This document shows positions 22,423 through 36,677 of a stretch of DNA of 64,000 bases, one piece after another; the first letter of the stretch is position 1; every line of letters begins with the position of its first letter. The notes beneath the pieces are model-generated. The model was not told the DNA's origin and ran no database searches. It saw only the letters and a program-made list of their open reading frames with translations. The translations under genes were made by a program, and so were the position numbers. Source of the stretch: Laetmonice hystrix (Eukaryota); contig OZ249436.1 of assembly GCA_965235115.1 (NCBI GenBank), forward strand, positions 35,466,001 through 35,530,000, read 5' to 3'.

Positions 22423-22560
22423 GTAGGAGGTATAAGTCAATGAATCAGTAGAATATATTCTGGACCATACCGTAGGAGGAATAACTCAATGAATCAGTAG
22501 AATATATTCTAGACTATACCGTAGGAGGAATGACTCAATGAATCAGTAGAATATATTCTA
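22423..22560. repeat. 49-bp tandem repeat x~3
   Basis: GTAGGAGGAATAACTCAATGAATCAGTAGAATATATTCT... at 22423, 22472 and 22521. Confidence 0.9.
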
Positions 22561-25500
22561 TAGATTATATAGTATTTTTATGCCGAATTAATCATTATAA
22601 TATATTATGTGTGAAACCAATCTCAAGCAAGGCTTATGCCGATCTGCTATCTTGGCATTAGTTATAAATCAAAGTGCCTATATCTTATAGTGTACTGTTA
22701 TATATGAGTAGAAGGTACAGCCTCCCGGCCTACCGAAACCGAATGTACATGCCTGCACGACATGAAATATTTACTGTGCAAATGAGAATAAGGTCTATAG
22801 CCTACTGTAACCCCCACCCATGTAATTCCGTTTACTTCCCCCGATAAACATATTCTAGATAGATAGTCTGTCTTGAACGATTTAAGCCAGGGATCATGTA
22901 TTTTCAAGAAGCGTTTCACAGTAATAATTACTGATCCCTTCCACTGCCAGTGGGGATCAATTATGTAGGAGCAAACTATGATGAGACAGCATCGCCAGCC
23001 TGCAGCATACGGCTACTCCCGCCGCGCCAAATCCTCCCCGACTTCGTTTCTCGCCTCGTCGTCCTCATACGGCCTTGATTCTAAATTACATAACTATTTG
23101 ATAAAGGATGGAACAAATCCGAACTCGCTAAATATGCATATTGCTCATTAAGCCTATTAAGATGGCCGGTCGTCGTGTTTCATCTCTGGCGGATGATTTA
23201 ACGGTGGGGATCTGGGCGTCTCGCTTCCCCCAGATCGCTCGTTATCATGCCAGCTCGTCCTCCCCTCAAACAATTGATTAGTATCTAAATCAAAACGCAC
23301 ACATCTATCCAAGACCTGCATGCCTTGAAATTGTGTGTGTAATCAGTGCCGTATTCGCGCCTACAGACGAGCGACCGTGTTGACTTAGACTTGGCCTGAT
23401 TACGTGACGTTTGCTCCACGTCTTCACGCCCGGATGTACGTCAAAGCCGTCCCCGCCATTTCCCGGCATACCCGACGTTCTTCCCGATAACCCCCGACTG
23501 TGTGCACTACAAACGTCTGCAGATATCCGTGAGATATACGATGTAGCCTTTGTACACCCAGACAGAAAGTCTTGTTAGCATCTGGCTATTGAACAACACT
23601 CGATACAATAAGACTTAGGCCTACCCTATAGACTATGTTTTGACCACGATGCCATCAGCCTGGGCAAGAACTCAGGATGATACTATATAGTTCATTAATT
23701 TTACACAAACCCCATTTATCAAATCCCTATGATATGGATCATAGCATTCAGACGATAGAGATAATACACACTTATAAGACGCCCCCAAAAAAACCTTTAT
23801 GTGGGTCTACAGGACTGCTGATAAACTACACTGGGCCAAAATAAGCGTTAGCAATGGGTATGGCCTATAACTCACGGTGGCACATTTTTCCGATGTCTTA
23901 ATTGGTTTCGCCTGCCCTGAGACTGATTTTCTTATGATTTAAATGGACTTTACCGAACCGTTTAAAATGACAAACATAAACATGTTTTGAGCAGTGTCTG
24001 TAATCAATGAGAGCAGTGTTGATCAAGGATATGCTCTTCCGGCCAGGAATGCTATATAGGTCTACCGATTATAGGGACCCGTAAACTTAGGTCCAGATGT
24101 AGCCAATATTATATGATTAAATCTTGATACAGTCCATGAGAGATTTTATTGAATACTTACGATGTCTCATAGTCTTCTTTTCTTGCTTATGTATACATAG
24201 TCTATACGCACAACGTTTTTTATTTTGGTCAACTTAACTAGTTTCTGAGAATTGATGAGCCACAGTCATGTAATTCGAAGGTATTTCTAAGTCTCGCCGC
24301 AAATGACGTCAACGAGTATCATTTTTACAATTATGAAAATTTCTATTGAGAAATTACAGGCAAATGAAATTTAGTAGAGCAGTCCAACACCGAAAAACAT
24401 ACCGGTGGATACATTTTTTTAAATCTTCAACTACATTTCATTAAAACTAACCAATTACGTCTAATTTCCTAGAATTAATAAGCTGGCACAATGGCTTCGC
24501 CTGGGAATCAAGGATGCAGGCAGCCACGTCTTGATTGCGATCTCAATCAGTGGCGCGGATCACCATAATGTTAGCACTCTGAATGAACATTAATGAATTG
24601 TTGGCGCTATCAGTGTCATGTATCATCGATAATCTCCTCGATCATTTCGCTAGAAGAACTCAGGGATTGGACGGGAGGGGCGCAAAGCCAACGCCGTATC
24701 CATGGCGCCCTTTGAAGCAGGTCATATAGCTGTACTTTTGACGCCAGTTTGACCGTGGGCTTCCAGCATGAGCTTAGTTTGATCATTAATTCTACAATGG
24801 AAAGATCGCATTGATAGTTTCTCACACAGGATGCTAATTTGTCGGCAGATGGGCAGATGGTTCTCTACGGTCCACTTCGCTTTCACTGACCGTATGGCAA
24901 AATGACCTAGTTGACACCGCCCACAGGCCCTGCTGTACTTAGCCATGCATGCTGGTAGGAGTATACTAAACACGTTATTGAGCGCCTTTTTATCTATACA
25001 AATTGATCACCAGATAAGTAATTTCAAATTAATAACGTTTCGTGTACATAGTTTGATAAAGATGCATTGTTTTGGGTGGGGTGGATGAGGTGCGGGCCTG
25101 CACTGTTTAAGCATACCATGTTTGCTTGACTGCCCTTCTCGACGGCCGACCAAGTTTACTTTGCGGTGGCTCAGTGCCAATCGATGCAAACGCTAATGGT
25201 CTTCTTTGTTTCTGTATGTAGTTTCCTGCTTACATTTCTCAGGCCGCTGTGAAAGCAAATGTTCAGCGGAGATCATTCCCCGTGTTAATTAATGGAATTT
25301 TAATGCATTACTGAGCTAATGGAGTTGTGATCTTAGTTTCAACACAGCGACAAAGAGGTGTGTCAACATTGCGGCCTCGTTTCGCCGCATGTGTCAATCC
25401 CCGCACAAGGCTAGCTGACAGCTCACTTCATCTTCGTCTGCCGGCGGTTATTTTATGGATGATATTCCATTTAGGATAATGATACTTTTAAACAACAGTT

Positions 25501-28500
25501 ACATCGCATAATGTAACACCTACATGGATAATGTCGCTGGATTACGGAGCAAACACCATTATAAGGTGTGGTTTTTAGAAACGGGGGGAGTGAATGTCAT
25601 TGTCCTTTGACGCGTTTTTTGGGTATACACAAACGTCCTTTGGTACTTTTTGATACATTCTTCGTATAACTATAATGCACATTTTGAACATAGAACAATG
25701 GACGCCTTGATTGTAGTCGCATACAGAGCCAACTTTCCATATACTACTTACAGTGTTCATCAAAAGTCTGTTACTATAAAGCCATCCATATATTCCTGGA
25801 CAACGAATCCTTAATATTTCTTTAATTTACATTCACTCGCAAACTTCATTCCATGCAGCGACAGCGTCCACCTTTATTTCCCAATCAACCGCGTTCTCGT
25901 TCCCGCGAGAGTCTGCGTGCGAGACTGTGAACAGTATTGAGCAGCCTGACCCTGAGCTCACCATCTGATAAAATCACTAAATCAGACGATGCAGCAACGG
26001 TCAGCCATTGCCAGAGCTTCTATCATATTGAGCCAGTCAAAACGACTTAGAGCATGACTCGCCAGACTATTTATTGGCTATTTATGGTCGCTTTTGATAC
26101 AAGAAATGACCCAGGAACACCTCGGCCAAAGCATGCGAAATGAAGACGCCCTGGCTTAAATATCGATTTCCTGGCTAAATGGAGCAAGGCGCTTGTGTCC
26201 CGGCCTACCTGGCGTTGGATGACTTTTCGTGCCACATTCTTGCATGAACGACACGGAGAATGGCATGTTTCTGCCAGGGTCTGTGGGTACGTTATGTACT
26301 AAGACGCCAACATGAACTCGCTGGTGTGTATACCATTCATTATGAACCCCCAGAAACCTCCCTCATCACCCAGTTTACCCTAATGAGGTGAACGATCTCA
26401 ATAACCAAGGAACATTATAAAGATCACAAATGGAGAACTTGTGCAGGGGGTGGATTGAGAGCCCGTCACACTGAGTTACTGACAAGGTTTTGGCATTCAC
26501 GTTTTTAAAGTTGTCTATAGAATCAACGCAGGATTAAATTTTTCGACTTTAAGGTCTACCAATGAGAGTTACATTATAAAAACCGGAAAACCGGACGAAT
26601 GCGTACGAAGCTTTATGTACTCTTCAAGTTTAGTATCCACGGTGTTATGTCATATAATATTATACCTTCGGCTACGCATCGTTATGTAATATAGTATCAC
26701 AACAATCGTGTTTGTGCGTATAGTCAGTATAGTATATACGGTGTATGACAACGGGACTGACGGCAGGATTCAGAGCCTCCTTCCAGTACCACCAGACTGA
26801 ATGAGACGTATACATTCAATCATGATCCCGTCGTTTAAGGAATCCAAACGTTTAACAACCTCCAGGCTAGCAGTCAACCAACCACACAAAGAAACATAAA
26901 GGAGATGCCTTATCCTCGTATCTCAACGTTAAGCTCTCCGTTAGCACATTCAATTATAGGTACAATGTCTTCGCGTTCCCTTTGTTTACTAAACAATTTG
27001 AAGGTAGCACTGTCGCACAGAAATAGTTTCTAAAGGTGAGTTAACATTATCCTTAATTAGCTCTATGTACACAATGCGTCCCAATGACTCGCCTCACCAA
27101 ATAGTTCATGGTCACAATGGATTAGGGCGTTATTTTTATTTGAGATTTAGGCGGGAGGGCACCAAGCATGGACAGTCGGTATGAAGTTGTGATGAAATGA
27201 CCTAATCGATACGGCAAAGTAATTACAGTTCGCCCAAACTATTACAACATTTTTTTCCGCTATCCTATAGGAAATTGACAGCAAAATCGTTCAAGGTTTA
27301 CAGCCATTGTCGTTTAATTCAGTTGAGATATGCGCCACTTTGGGACTGATGGCACGACGTCGGCCACTCTCAGGTCAGAGGTCCGCGGCGAGGTCACACT
27401 AGGTCCCATATGAAGCGTGCACAATCTTGACACCGACTGTCGTAATTTCAGTTCTAAACTTTGACTGGAATGAATTCATTTCAGCGCCACCAAATTGATT
27501 CCCGCCAGAACAAGGAAGCGGGAGATGGGTTTTTGGAAGGGGCCGTCGAGGACGGAGTATCGGTCAGTACGGCCAGCGCCCCTCCGGCCCATTGCTCACA
27601 TGAGGAGGGGCCGCTCCCCTGACAGCTTCATCGTCGACCGCCGGCATACCTCCGTCAGCCTCCGACTGGCCGCGTCATTATTTGTGAGCGACAACCAAGA
27701 TCGAGTAGACAAAGACATGATAATTATAGTCTACGGTCGCTCCTCTGACAAATACAGTCAAGGAACAGTTCCGAAAAAGTGATTTTAATAAATCACGATG
27801 GCCCTCCGAGTGGCATAACGCTCTCACGTGGGTGACATCGGAAATTAACTGGCGCTGGCTCCTGCGTCCATGGCGCTCCCCCGAATACAATTCAATCTCA
27901 ACGCAAGTCGACTGAAACTGAATATAGTGCCCCCGAACTGACGTGCGAGTCATACATTTTATGAGTAGCCATACAAGAAGAATGGCACGTTTATATGGTG
28001 GTGGGGTAGAGGTGAGCAACGGGCGGGACCCAGCGCGATCCATCAGCGCCACTGAAAGAAGTCGAATTAACGCGCACCGGCCAATATTGGCCATCTCGGC
28101 AATGCGAGCCGTATAACATTACTCTCCCTACCGATCATTTATAAATCTATTGGTTGGGCCCGCCAGAGAGAAACAAATTTATTTGTGCCGACAACGATCG
28201 CAACCTGAACGAATAAGACGAAGGAAATTGATAAATCTCTAGATGCAGCTTCATTTTCGGGTGACATTTGTCGAGTAGGACAGGCGGCATTGATCGTAAG
28301 CCACCAATCTGACCGGGTGGTGGCTATCTAAGTGGCTCTAAGTATGGCTGCTCGATTTCCAGCGTTAACGGAACGCAAATCGGACATGTGGCTTTACGCT
28401 GCCAGAATTGGCTGCAACTCTTTTATTATGGAGAAAAAAAAGTCGCTTTGCCAGCAGACGGCATCTGCTGGGGCGGTCGAACTGCTTCCAAGGACTCGTT

Positions 28501-28671
28501 TCTTCATTTCTTTTCTGATAATCACAAAGTCCTTCTATCTGTAATAGGGTGGCCTTTCGCGTTTTGTGGTTTATGGGTCCAATTCAAGGCTGTAGATGAA
28601 CGTTGTAATGAAGAATGACCAGATGCCACTTACACAACAGGACTTAGTGGGGGAATTAACGGAGAGTTGAA

Positions 28672-29270
28672 GGCATAGCGTTATCCGGGACCCTACAGAT
28701 GTTGATTGTTGTAGACCTATCGTTATCCGGGACCGTACAGATGTTGATTGTTGTAGGCGTATCGTTATCCGGGACCATACAGATGTTGATTGTTGTAGGC
28801 ATAGCGTTATCCGGGACCCTACAGATGTTGATTGTTGTAGGCATATCGTTATCCGGGACCCTACAGATGTTCATTGTTGTAGGCATATCGTTATCCGGGA
28901 CCCTACAGATGTTGATTGTTGTTAGCCTATCGTTATCCGGGACCGTACAGATGTTGATTGTTGTAGGCCTATCGTTATACGGGACCCTACAGATGTTGAT
29001 TGTTGTAGGCATATCGTTATCCGGGACCCTACAGATGTTCATTGTTGTAGGCATATCGTTATCCGGGACCCTACAGATGTTGATTGTTGTTAGCCTATCG
29101 TTATCCGGGACCGTACAGATGTTGATTGTTGTAGGCCTATCGTTATACGGGACCCTACAGATGTTGATTGTTGTAGGCATATCATTATCCGGGACCGTAC
29201 AGATGTTGATTGTTGTATAGGCATATCGTTATCCGGGACCGATTGTCGTAGGCATATCGTTATCCGGGAC
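28672..29270. repeat. 42-bp minisatellite x~14 with a 4-unit higher-order repeat
   Basis: Unit ATGTTGATTGTTGTAGGCATATCGTTATCCGGGACCCTACAG; the variant pattern recurs with a 168-bp period. Confidence 0.96.
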
Positions 29271-32200
29271 GCCATATTGGATGTCGTAGGCCTATCATTA
29301 GCCGATACGCCTGACTTAAGATGGCGTCGTGATTGACAAGGAGTGCTAATCTGAATGTTGATTCATTATTGACCGGGTAATCCTGACCGTTGTAATGAAC
29401 TTTGTATTGGTATTGATCTGTACTCAGGATGCTGTGTAGAGTGCTGTAACGTTATCCACATGTTTTCTTTGTCTCCTGCGATGAACCTCTCTTGGTGCTG
29501 TAATCTTGTAGTTGAAGGGCGATCAAACTGAGAAGTGCATTTGTGTTTCCGAAAGATGCTCCTGTATAGGCCGTAGGCACTATACATGAATCTGTGGGTC
29601 TGAAACCAGTCTTCACCAACACACTCTCTTCATCTCATTGTGTCTCTCCCTGTCTCTCTGCCACGGTCTTTGTCTTTACCTGTCTGTCTCTCCCTCTGTA
29701 TCGTTCTCTTCACATCTTTCGCTCGAGATGAGAAACCTAGTTTTTGTTTCATGAGCGATCTTGAAGCAACTTTTAGGTTAGGTTAGGTTACATATACTTT
29801 TTGAACTAATGTTTCACCCCTGTCCGCTAGGTGGCGGCACCATCGGTTGGGCGGTTTGGCATATGCAGGGTGTCAAAGTCGGTCTGTGAGCAGTACTTAT
29901 AGACACTCACGGCAATTACCATGTACCATCAACACAATTTAATATGACTGCCATTAGTCGACTTAAAGTTCGCCATGGTTACGAATTCCTTAGTAAACAC
30001 CTCCCGCGGGAACTTTAACATCAGGTCGACTCGCAGTCCTGCATGTAAATATGATTATTGTAGGGCCGTCATGTATTCAGTATAGTACCTTTGTAAGACT
30101 GTAGTAACAGAAAATGTAATCTACAAAGAAATCATTACTACATAGGCCTATACTACAACAAAAGTACGATCTGCATGGTTGTTAACATAATGGATAACTA
30201 GTTTTTAACAACTGCGCACATTCTGAACAGCTGCGTGGGTCCCCATTGTTCGAGTCCCTTGATTGTGTTTAATGTTTGAAAAGTTATCATAAGGAATGAG
30301 AATAATGTTAGTATTAAAGGCTCGGCCACGTCGTCCGCAGTTATAGGCCTGCTATAATACTTTGTGGGATACTCTTCCCTTAGACTAACAAACAAATTAA
30401 TCAATAAATTAATGAATAAGTTCAGGTAAATATCTTGAAGAATGAATTGAGAAAGTCTGCTGGCATTGTTTGACTCTATAGTTAGTGCGAAAGTTCTATG
30501 AAAACGTTACACCGTACAACCTCATTCGCCCCAACAATATTTCTCAGTCCAAGTATGCGCAAGTTCTCACTCTAAATGCTTGTTGGCAGTTTTCTTTTCT
30601 TTACTTCTTGCACTACCAAGATGCATTGCAGCGGCCTGCGGTGCACAGATGGGTAAATAGCGTGACTCGCTGCGTTAGGAGGCTGCGCCACTCGCCACAC
30701 GTTTACTTGTTAGAAGTCTCAGAAATGGTGTCGCTTGGCGCAGAGCCCGAACGTCGCTGACGGTCGGACGACAGGTCCGTCGGCACGGCACCTCCGTGCG
30801 ATGTCTCTGGAGAGAACACTTCTTGTTGAATTTCCTTTCTGTTTGTTATCTGTCTTCTTGGTGGTGATCGTGCGACATGTACTCGGCTAATTGTGAAAAA
30901 TGAATTTGTTGGGCGTGGGGCACGAAGCTTGCCACGCTACTGTTAGCACCTGGGTAATTGGTTCCGCCAACACTCGTCCTTGTCTTCCGTCGTAAGATGA
31001 ATAGCTCGGCCATATTGAATGTGGACCACTCGTACATAAGTATTTCGTGGAGAACTGTGAGGAGGAGTTAATTGAGTTTACAGACATTTTCAAACAACAT
31101 CAAGTGTCGTAAAGTAAAACCAATTTTTCTCGAAACATTTTAACTCGTGTTCGTCTCCATTTAAATCTATAATGTAAATCGAATTTGAAGCATTTAACTA
31201 TTTCAGACTTGAAGACGTGAAGATGATGAATTCTCTGCACTCACTTCGAAACGTTCTCGCCACGCCGTTAAGTCACGAGACTTGAGGCGGGGACACAGCG
31301 CGTCAAGCAGACGACAGTTTCTTTCAAAGGGGGCGCTTCCTGATAACGCGCTGCAGCGTCGGCTCATCTCTCGGCGAAATTAGGACACTCGCCCATGCGC
31401 AGTGAAGATCGCGTCAGGGTTGTAATTGGATAACACCAATGTGGTAGATCCAATAATTAGATAATATCGCCATTTCCGATCCTCATGGTGCGCTAAGAGG
31501 TAGTTAATGGTGACACAAGGTGTTCTTGGCTCTACTGCCGCGTGCTAACTGCGGAGCTCAATAACCAAATGAATATTTGGAAGAGTAAGACCAATTTACC
31601 TCCACAAATCATGCCATCGTTTAGATGAGGCTTATGAAAGTGGTTGTCTTGCTATCCCCACAGGTCAGGTATGATAAGATAATCGGAATGACAAGCGTAA
31701 TGTAACGCAAAAATGGCTTAATTGGATGCATAAATTACAAAATGTTGGCCCTTTTCCTGGCCATGCATTGCTGCCTTAATTGCTGTTTTTTTTATATAGC
31801 TTATATTATCTTAGGGCAGCCAACGTAATATCTGAACAAATTGAAGACAATAGATTCAATAGAGATGTTATAGGGACGGAAATGCCCGAGTAGCATAAAA
31901 CGCGTATGGGGACTCTTTGGTTAAGGGGGCAGAGGGGGTGATTTGCCCGAAATTTCTTTGTCTGATTTTATTTTCTTTGCCCGAATTTTCCCTACTGCTT
32001 TCCCCGAATTTGGGGGACAATGCCCGAATTTTCGCCACTGTTTTGCCCGAATTGGGGGGGGGGCGCAACTGCCCCTGCCCCCCGGCTGGTACGAATGTGC
32101 CCGTATCTATACATATAGGCCTATACCTTCCATCTATAAAAACATTATTATATGAGTATTAATCCAGATAATATGTATACACTACACACATGTACGCACA

Positions 32201-35200
32201 CTCATGTATAAATCTTTACAACTTTACATATTTGTAACATACTCACCTGTGTGGAGTTTTACAGTCCCTATATGGGACACTTGGTCAGTCTTGATGGCCC
32301 GCGGCTGGTCTTCTAATATTAGTACTCGTCTCTTACCATTTTATTATATATAAACCAATTACCCCAGTATACAGGCCTCCCGGGCCAAAACATTACCATC
32401 CTCACAATGCAGAACAACCTTTATGATCCTCTGGCTTCCTTTCTCGGCGTCCCTTTAAGGCACAGATCACAGCCTAATGACTCCACAATGAGGATGGTAT
32501 AGTCGTCACATCTAAGACCGCACGGCATTGGGCTGATGTTCTGTCTGACTTTTATTGCCCATATATGGTACGCCGAAATTATATTAAGGCTGGTCAGTTT
32601 ACAGCAAGAAGGCGAACAATTGAAATCACATCGACGTGCCTGAATGTGGCCCATGACGACCGCGGGTTTATAGGGCGCGTAAATATATCAGTGGTTGCTT
32701 AGTGACAGGCCAACTTTGATGTCTGAATGGAAGACATCTTTGAAATGTTTGTTTCCATCTGGTGGAACATTACGTTAAGTGGACCTACCGCAAGCACTTT
32801 ATTACCATTCCAATCGCACAGGTTTGCTGAAAAGTGTCCGGCAGCCGGCATGGCAATTGAAATGTAGGCCTAGACCGACATGACTGGGTTCGGATAATTC
32901 ATTTAACCTCCCTTTCCTCTCCAGTTTGCGTCACTGCGATCATCATTATATTCCCGTGCACCCAGCCAGGACATTGGAACACCCACAGTTCCCCTGGAAT
33001 CATTCATCATTTTGTTCCCGTGAAAGCTACCTTTCAGGCTTATCATTGGGCAACTTTATAAGGTAATTGTGGAACGTACATTCAACAATGTCAATACTTT
33101 AAAACATTTGCCTTTGTGTCTTCTTTCGAGCGAGGGTTCGCCTCCTCGGGGCAGACCTGTGACAGTGGGCGTCAGGGGGACTAAATAGGTGGTCTCATCT
33201 CTTTCAAAGCTTTCAAAGGTCAGCTTGGGGGGGGGGGGGGGGGGCAGTTGACATCCAACTTGATCAAGATTCTATGGACGGTTGCATCAGAGTGTGACGC
33301 GGTCTAGTAGGTTCTCGCGACGGTCGCGACACACGGACCTATAGCTCCTACAGTGGGGGTGCAAGGGAAGGTTGAGGGGGGGGGGGGTACCTGGGGTTCC
33401 TGGTCCGTCTTGATCAGGCCGGTAGAGGTGACTCTATTTATTACAACCAGTAATAGGCTTGTTGCCTACTTTGATTGATCGTTGGCATTATGTCTATTTT
33501 GCTTGGCAGCGTTGCGTTGAACAGCAAGCGTGAATTCATATTCTTGCGGTCGTGGGGCTGGAGATGGTATGCGATGATTAGGGCGGGCGATCTTCACCCA
33601 CTGCTTGTTGTAAGGGCTCGTTAACGTTGGGTAAGTCTGGCCAGGGGTAAGGTAAATAGTCGGTATTGTGTCAAAGTGACAGTCCTACTTCATGGACTGT
33701 CACCGCAGTCACAGCAGTCACATTCCTCACCCGTCCCGCCTGTCCACCCCCCTGCCACCGACCACCCTCTCTCCCGACACCCTATACCCTCGATACAACC
33801 TCCCAACAATGAGTGCCATATCAAGCCAGAAGTATCAACCCTCCGCCCCCGACTCCAAATGAAGGCTCACCACAAGATCCCCTCCGTCTGCCTGTAGGCT
33901 CATCGCAATGCGACCCAATACATTTTAAAATTAATTGTCCCCTCCTTGTTGTGGATTTAATTGAGAAAGGCAACCACCGATCACTTCAGACCGACTTGAT
34001 CCCTCCATTGTGTAAAATCAGACCCTACAATTTGGTCCTCGACGACTTACTGATAGCCACCAACTGTGCGGGGTCGGTTGATAAACGACGCAAAGGTAGA
34101 ATCCAAGCCACCGATCATGTAGTCCGGCATTCCCAGCCCCCCACAAACAACAGGCATGTGTGTCTAGCCACCGATCATGTAGTCCGACATTCCCAGCCCC
34201 CCCCCCCCCCAACACACACATACAACAGGGGCCTGTTGCATAAACAACAAAGATCAGATTTTTCATGAACAACGACAGTAGACGTTGCATAAAAAATCGT
34301 TCTTGTTCTACGACGTGTCGTAAGTTACGATACCCCGAAATCCTCCAGAATCTGTTGCATAAAATTTTCGTTGTTCTGACGGTGTCGTTCAATGTGTCTT
34401 TATTCCCTTTTCACTGTCGTAAATTACGAACACCAAAAAGGTGTTCGTTAAATCCACCGAAAGTCTAAAATATTTTTGGGGGGAAGGAAAACAGTCATGG
34501 AACGTCATGGGAGAAGACGACGGTTCTTTTCACATATAGATCCCGTCACATACTTCGACTCGGAGCAGTTTATCCGTCGATATCGCTTAGATAAGCAGTC
34601 GGTGGTTTGGCTCAGCCTGGCCTTTGCAGTCCGGCTCCTGCTCTACCGCAGGAGACCGACGCGGAGGGGGGCTCACCGCACAACAACGGGTATAAATATC
34701 ATTTGTTTACATTTCAAAATGAGAAAATTAAGTAAAGACTTAAAATGAATCAAAGTAAAGACTCTACTGTTATAGAGGAATATAATTTAATGCCAGCATA
34801 TGCCCGAAATCCTCCAGAATCTGTTGCATAAACTTTTCGTTGTTCTGACGATGTCGTTTAAGGTGTCTTTATTCCCTACCTGTTTTATAAACATAGGCCC
34901 ATATGCCTAAAATAGTAGGCCTAACCTATATTTTTCACTTCAACTTAGATATTTTTTAACACTACACTAGTTAGTATTGGATAAGTGTGGCCTATACATG
35001 GACCTTTGGGTCCGGGGGGGGGGGGGGGTTTAGACCCCCCCCTCCCCAGCCAGCCCCCGGTTACGGGCCTGAGTACTAGTTTTAGAGGAAAAGAATGAGG
35101 GGCGGGGTCACCCATCAATTTTAAAGGTTACAGCCTGGTAAACATTCAGCGTCTTGCTGAACATGGTGATGTGGTAACAACGCGCGGTACTGGGTGGCAC

Positions 35201-35225
35201 TTTGCACACTCCCAATTTCCCTTAA

Positions 35226-35565
35226 AGGTGCTATTCGTCTCGCACAGAATGGTATTTCTCCTATCATACATTGTGCACATAGTACTAGAAAAAATTCCTA
35301 CCGATACCATTGGCCTGATAAACCTTCTATTAGTTTGTGTGCAGCATTTGAAACCTATCTCGGTGCGCACCGAGATAGAGCCATTTCCTATGGTGGGGCG
35401 TGTCAGGGTCTCCACAGGCCTTCTGAGAGAGCCCCATTTGTGCCGTTATCCATGAAAAATTTTGATTTCCTTTGTTGTGAATCTATTTCCATGATAGGTG
35501 GGATCACATAAACGTCAACAAAATTAAAAATAAAAAAATTGAATTTTTGTTCACGAATAGCACCT
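35226..35565. mobile_element. Kolobok-like MITE nested in the Harbinger element
   Basis: ttaa|AGGTGCTATTCGT ... ACGAATAGCACCT|ttaa: perfect 13-bp TIR with TTAA flanks. Confidence 0.85.
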
Positions 35566-35609
35566 TTAAACGCGCGTAGTCAGAGGTTGCAGTATAATAA
35601 TGACATACG

Positions 35610-35920
35610 CCGGAGCCTGGAGTATACCCCCACCAGACTATACCCGGGTATAATCTGGCCTATCCTAGAGTATACCCGGGGCTATTCTGGGCTAGCCCCC
35701 TGGGTACAAACTAGGCTAGCCCAGATTAGGCCTATACCCCCCCCCCCCACACCCATATACAAATCCCATATACAATTTTAAAACAAGAAGTTGGTATGTA
35801 GTTATTCCGATTAAAACATCTAAAAACTGTATGAAATAAACTTGTGGATATTCTACCATGGGGGTATAATCTGGCCTGGGGGGGTATACTTTGGGCTAGC
35901 CTGGTTTATACCCGGGGGGT
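35610..35920. mobile_element. Repeat-rich MITE-like fragment nested in the Harbinger element
   Basis: Recurrent TATACCC(C)GGG, GGGTATAATCTGGCCT and GGGCTAGCC motifs in both orientations. Confidence 0.45.
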
Positions 35921-36212
35921 CAGGTCAGGGGTCACTGAAACGGCAGTAGGGAGGATCCAGGGTGTGGCAGAGGTTGAATGAAGTGAACGATCTCTGTCAT
36001 GGAGAGTGCTGCCAGCCAGCACCTGGCCTAACATAGCGGATGCGTCTGGTAGGCAGGGGACCAGGCTACGACAGAAAACATCGTTCCAGCAAGAAATCAA
36101 CGATGGACTTTATGCAACAGAATCTACGACATGTCGTTACCATTGTCGTACGGTCAACGAACATCTACCCATTTTTCGTTATTGTACTGTCGTTGATTGT
36201 GCAACAGGCCCC

Positions 36213-36630
36213 AGGCCCGTGTGTCAACTCTAGCCACCGATCATGTATTGCAACATTCCCAGCCACCTCCCACACACAACAGGCCCGTGTGTCAACCCTA
36301 GCCACCGATCATGTATTCCAACATTCCCAGCCACCTCCCACACACAACAGGCCCGTGTGTCAACCCTAGCCACCGATCATCTATTTCAACATTCCCAGCC
36401 ACCTCCCACAAACAACAGACCCGTGTGTCAACCCTAGCCACCGATCATGTATTTCAACATTCCCAGCCACCTCCCACACACAACAGGCCCGTGTGTCAAC
36501 CCTAGCCACCGATCATCTATTCCAACATTCCCAGCCACCTCACACACACAACAGGCCCGTGTGTCAACCTTAGCCACCGATCATGTATTCCAACATTCCC
36601 AGCCACCTCACACACACAACAGGCCCGTGT
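36213..36630. repeat. 68-bp tandem repeat x6, with two diverged copies at 34105-34228
   Basis: Unit AGGCCCGTGTGTCAACCCTAGCCACCGATCATGTATTCCAACATTCCCAGCCACCTCCCACACACAAC. Confidence 0.95.
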
Positions 36631-36659
36631 ACCACGTTATGGATACCGATTTATGACCA

Positions 36660-36677
36660 TCCCACCAGGTGGCGCTC
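36660..36677 (+). promoter_or_regulatory. CTCF-like motif
   Basis: CCCACCAGGTGGCGCTC. Confidence 0.5.

Larger units (their letters stand above)
34229..36211 (+). mobile_element. Decayed PIF/Harbinger DNA transposon with a transposase N-terminal remnant and nested insertions
   Basis: cag|GGGCCTGTTGCA ... TGCAACAGGCCC|cag (12-bp TIR, 3-bp CAG TSD). ORF 34476-34748 RRRRFFSHIDPVTYFDSEQFIRRYRLDKQSV resembles the Harbinger/HARBI1 nuclease N-terminus. There is an internal ~73-bp duplication (34335 vs 34803). Confidence 0.8.

Noticed and set aside
28656..29275. 174-aa and 173-aa repeat ORFs on both strands
   Set aside because: The 42-bp unit happens to lack stops; there is no unique flanking coding sequence or convincing gene structure.
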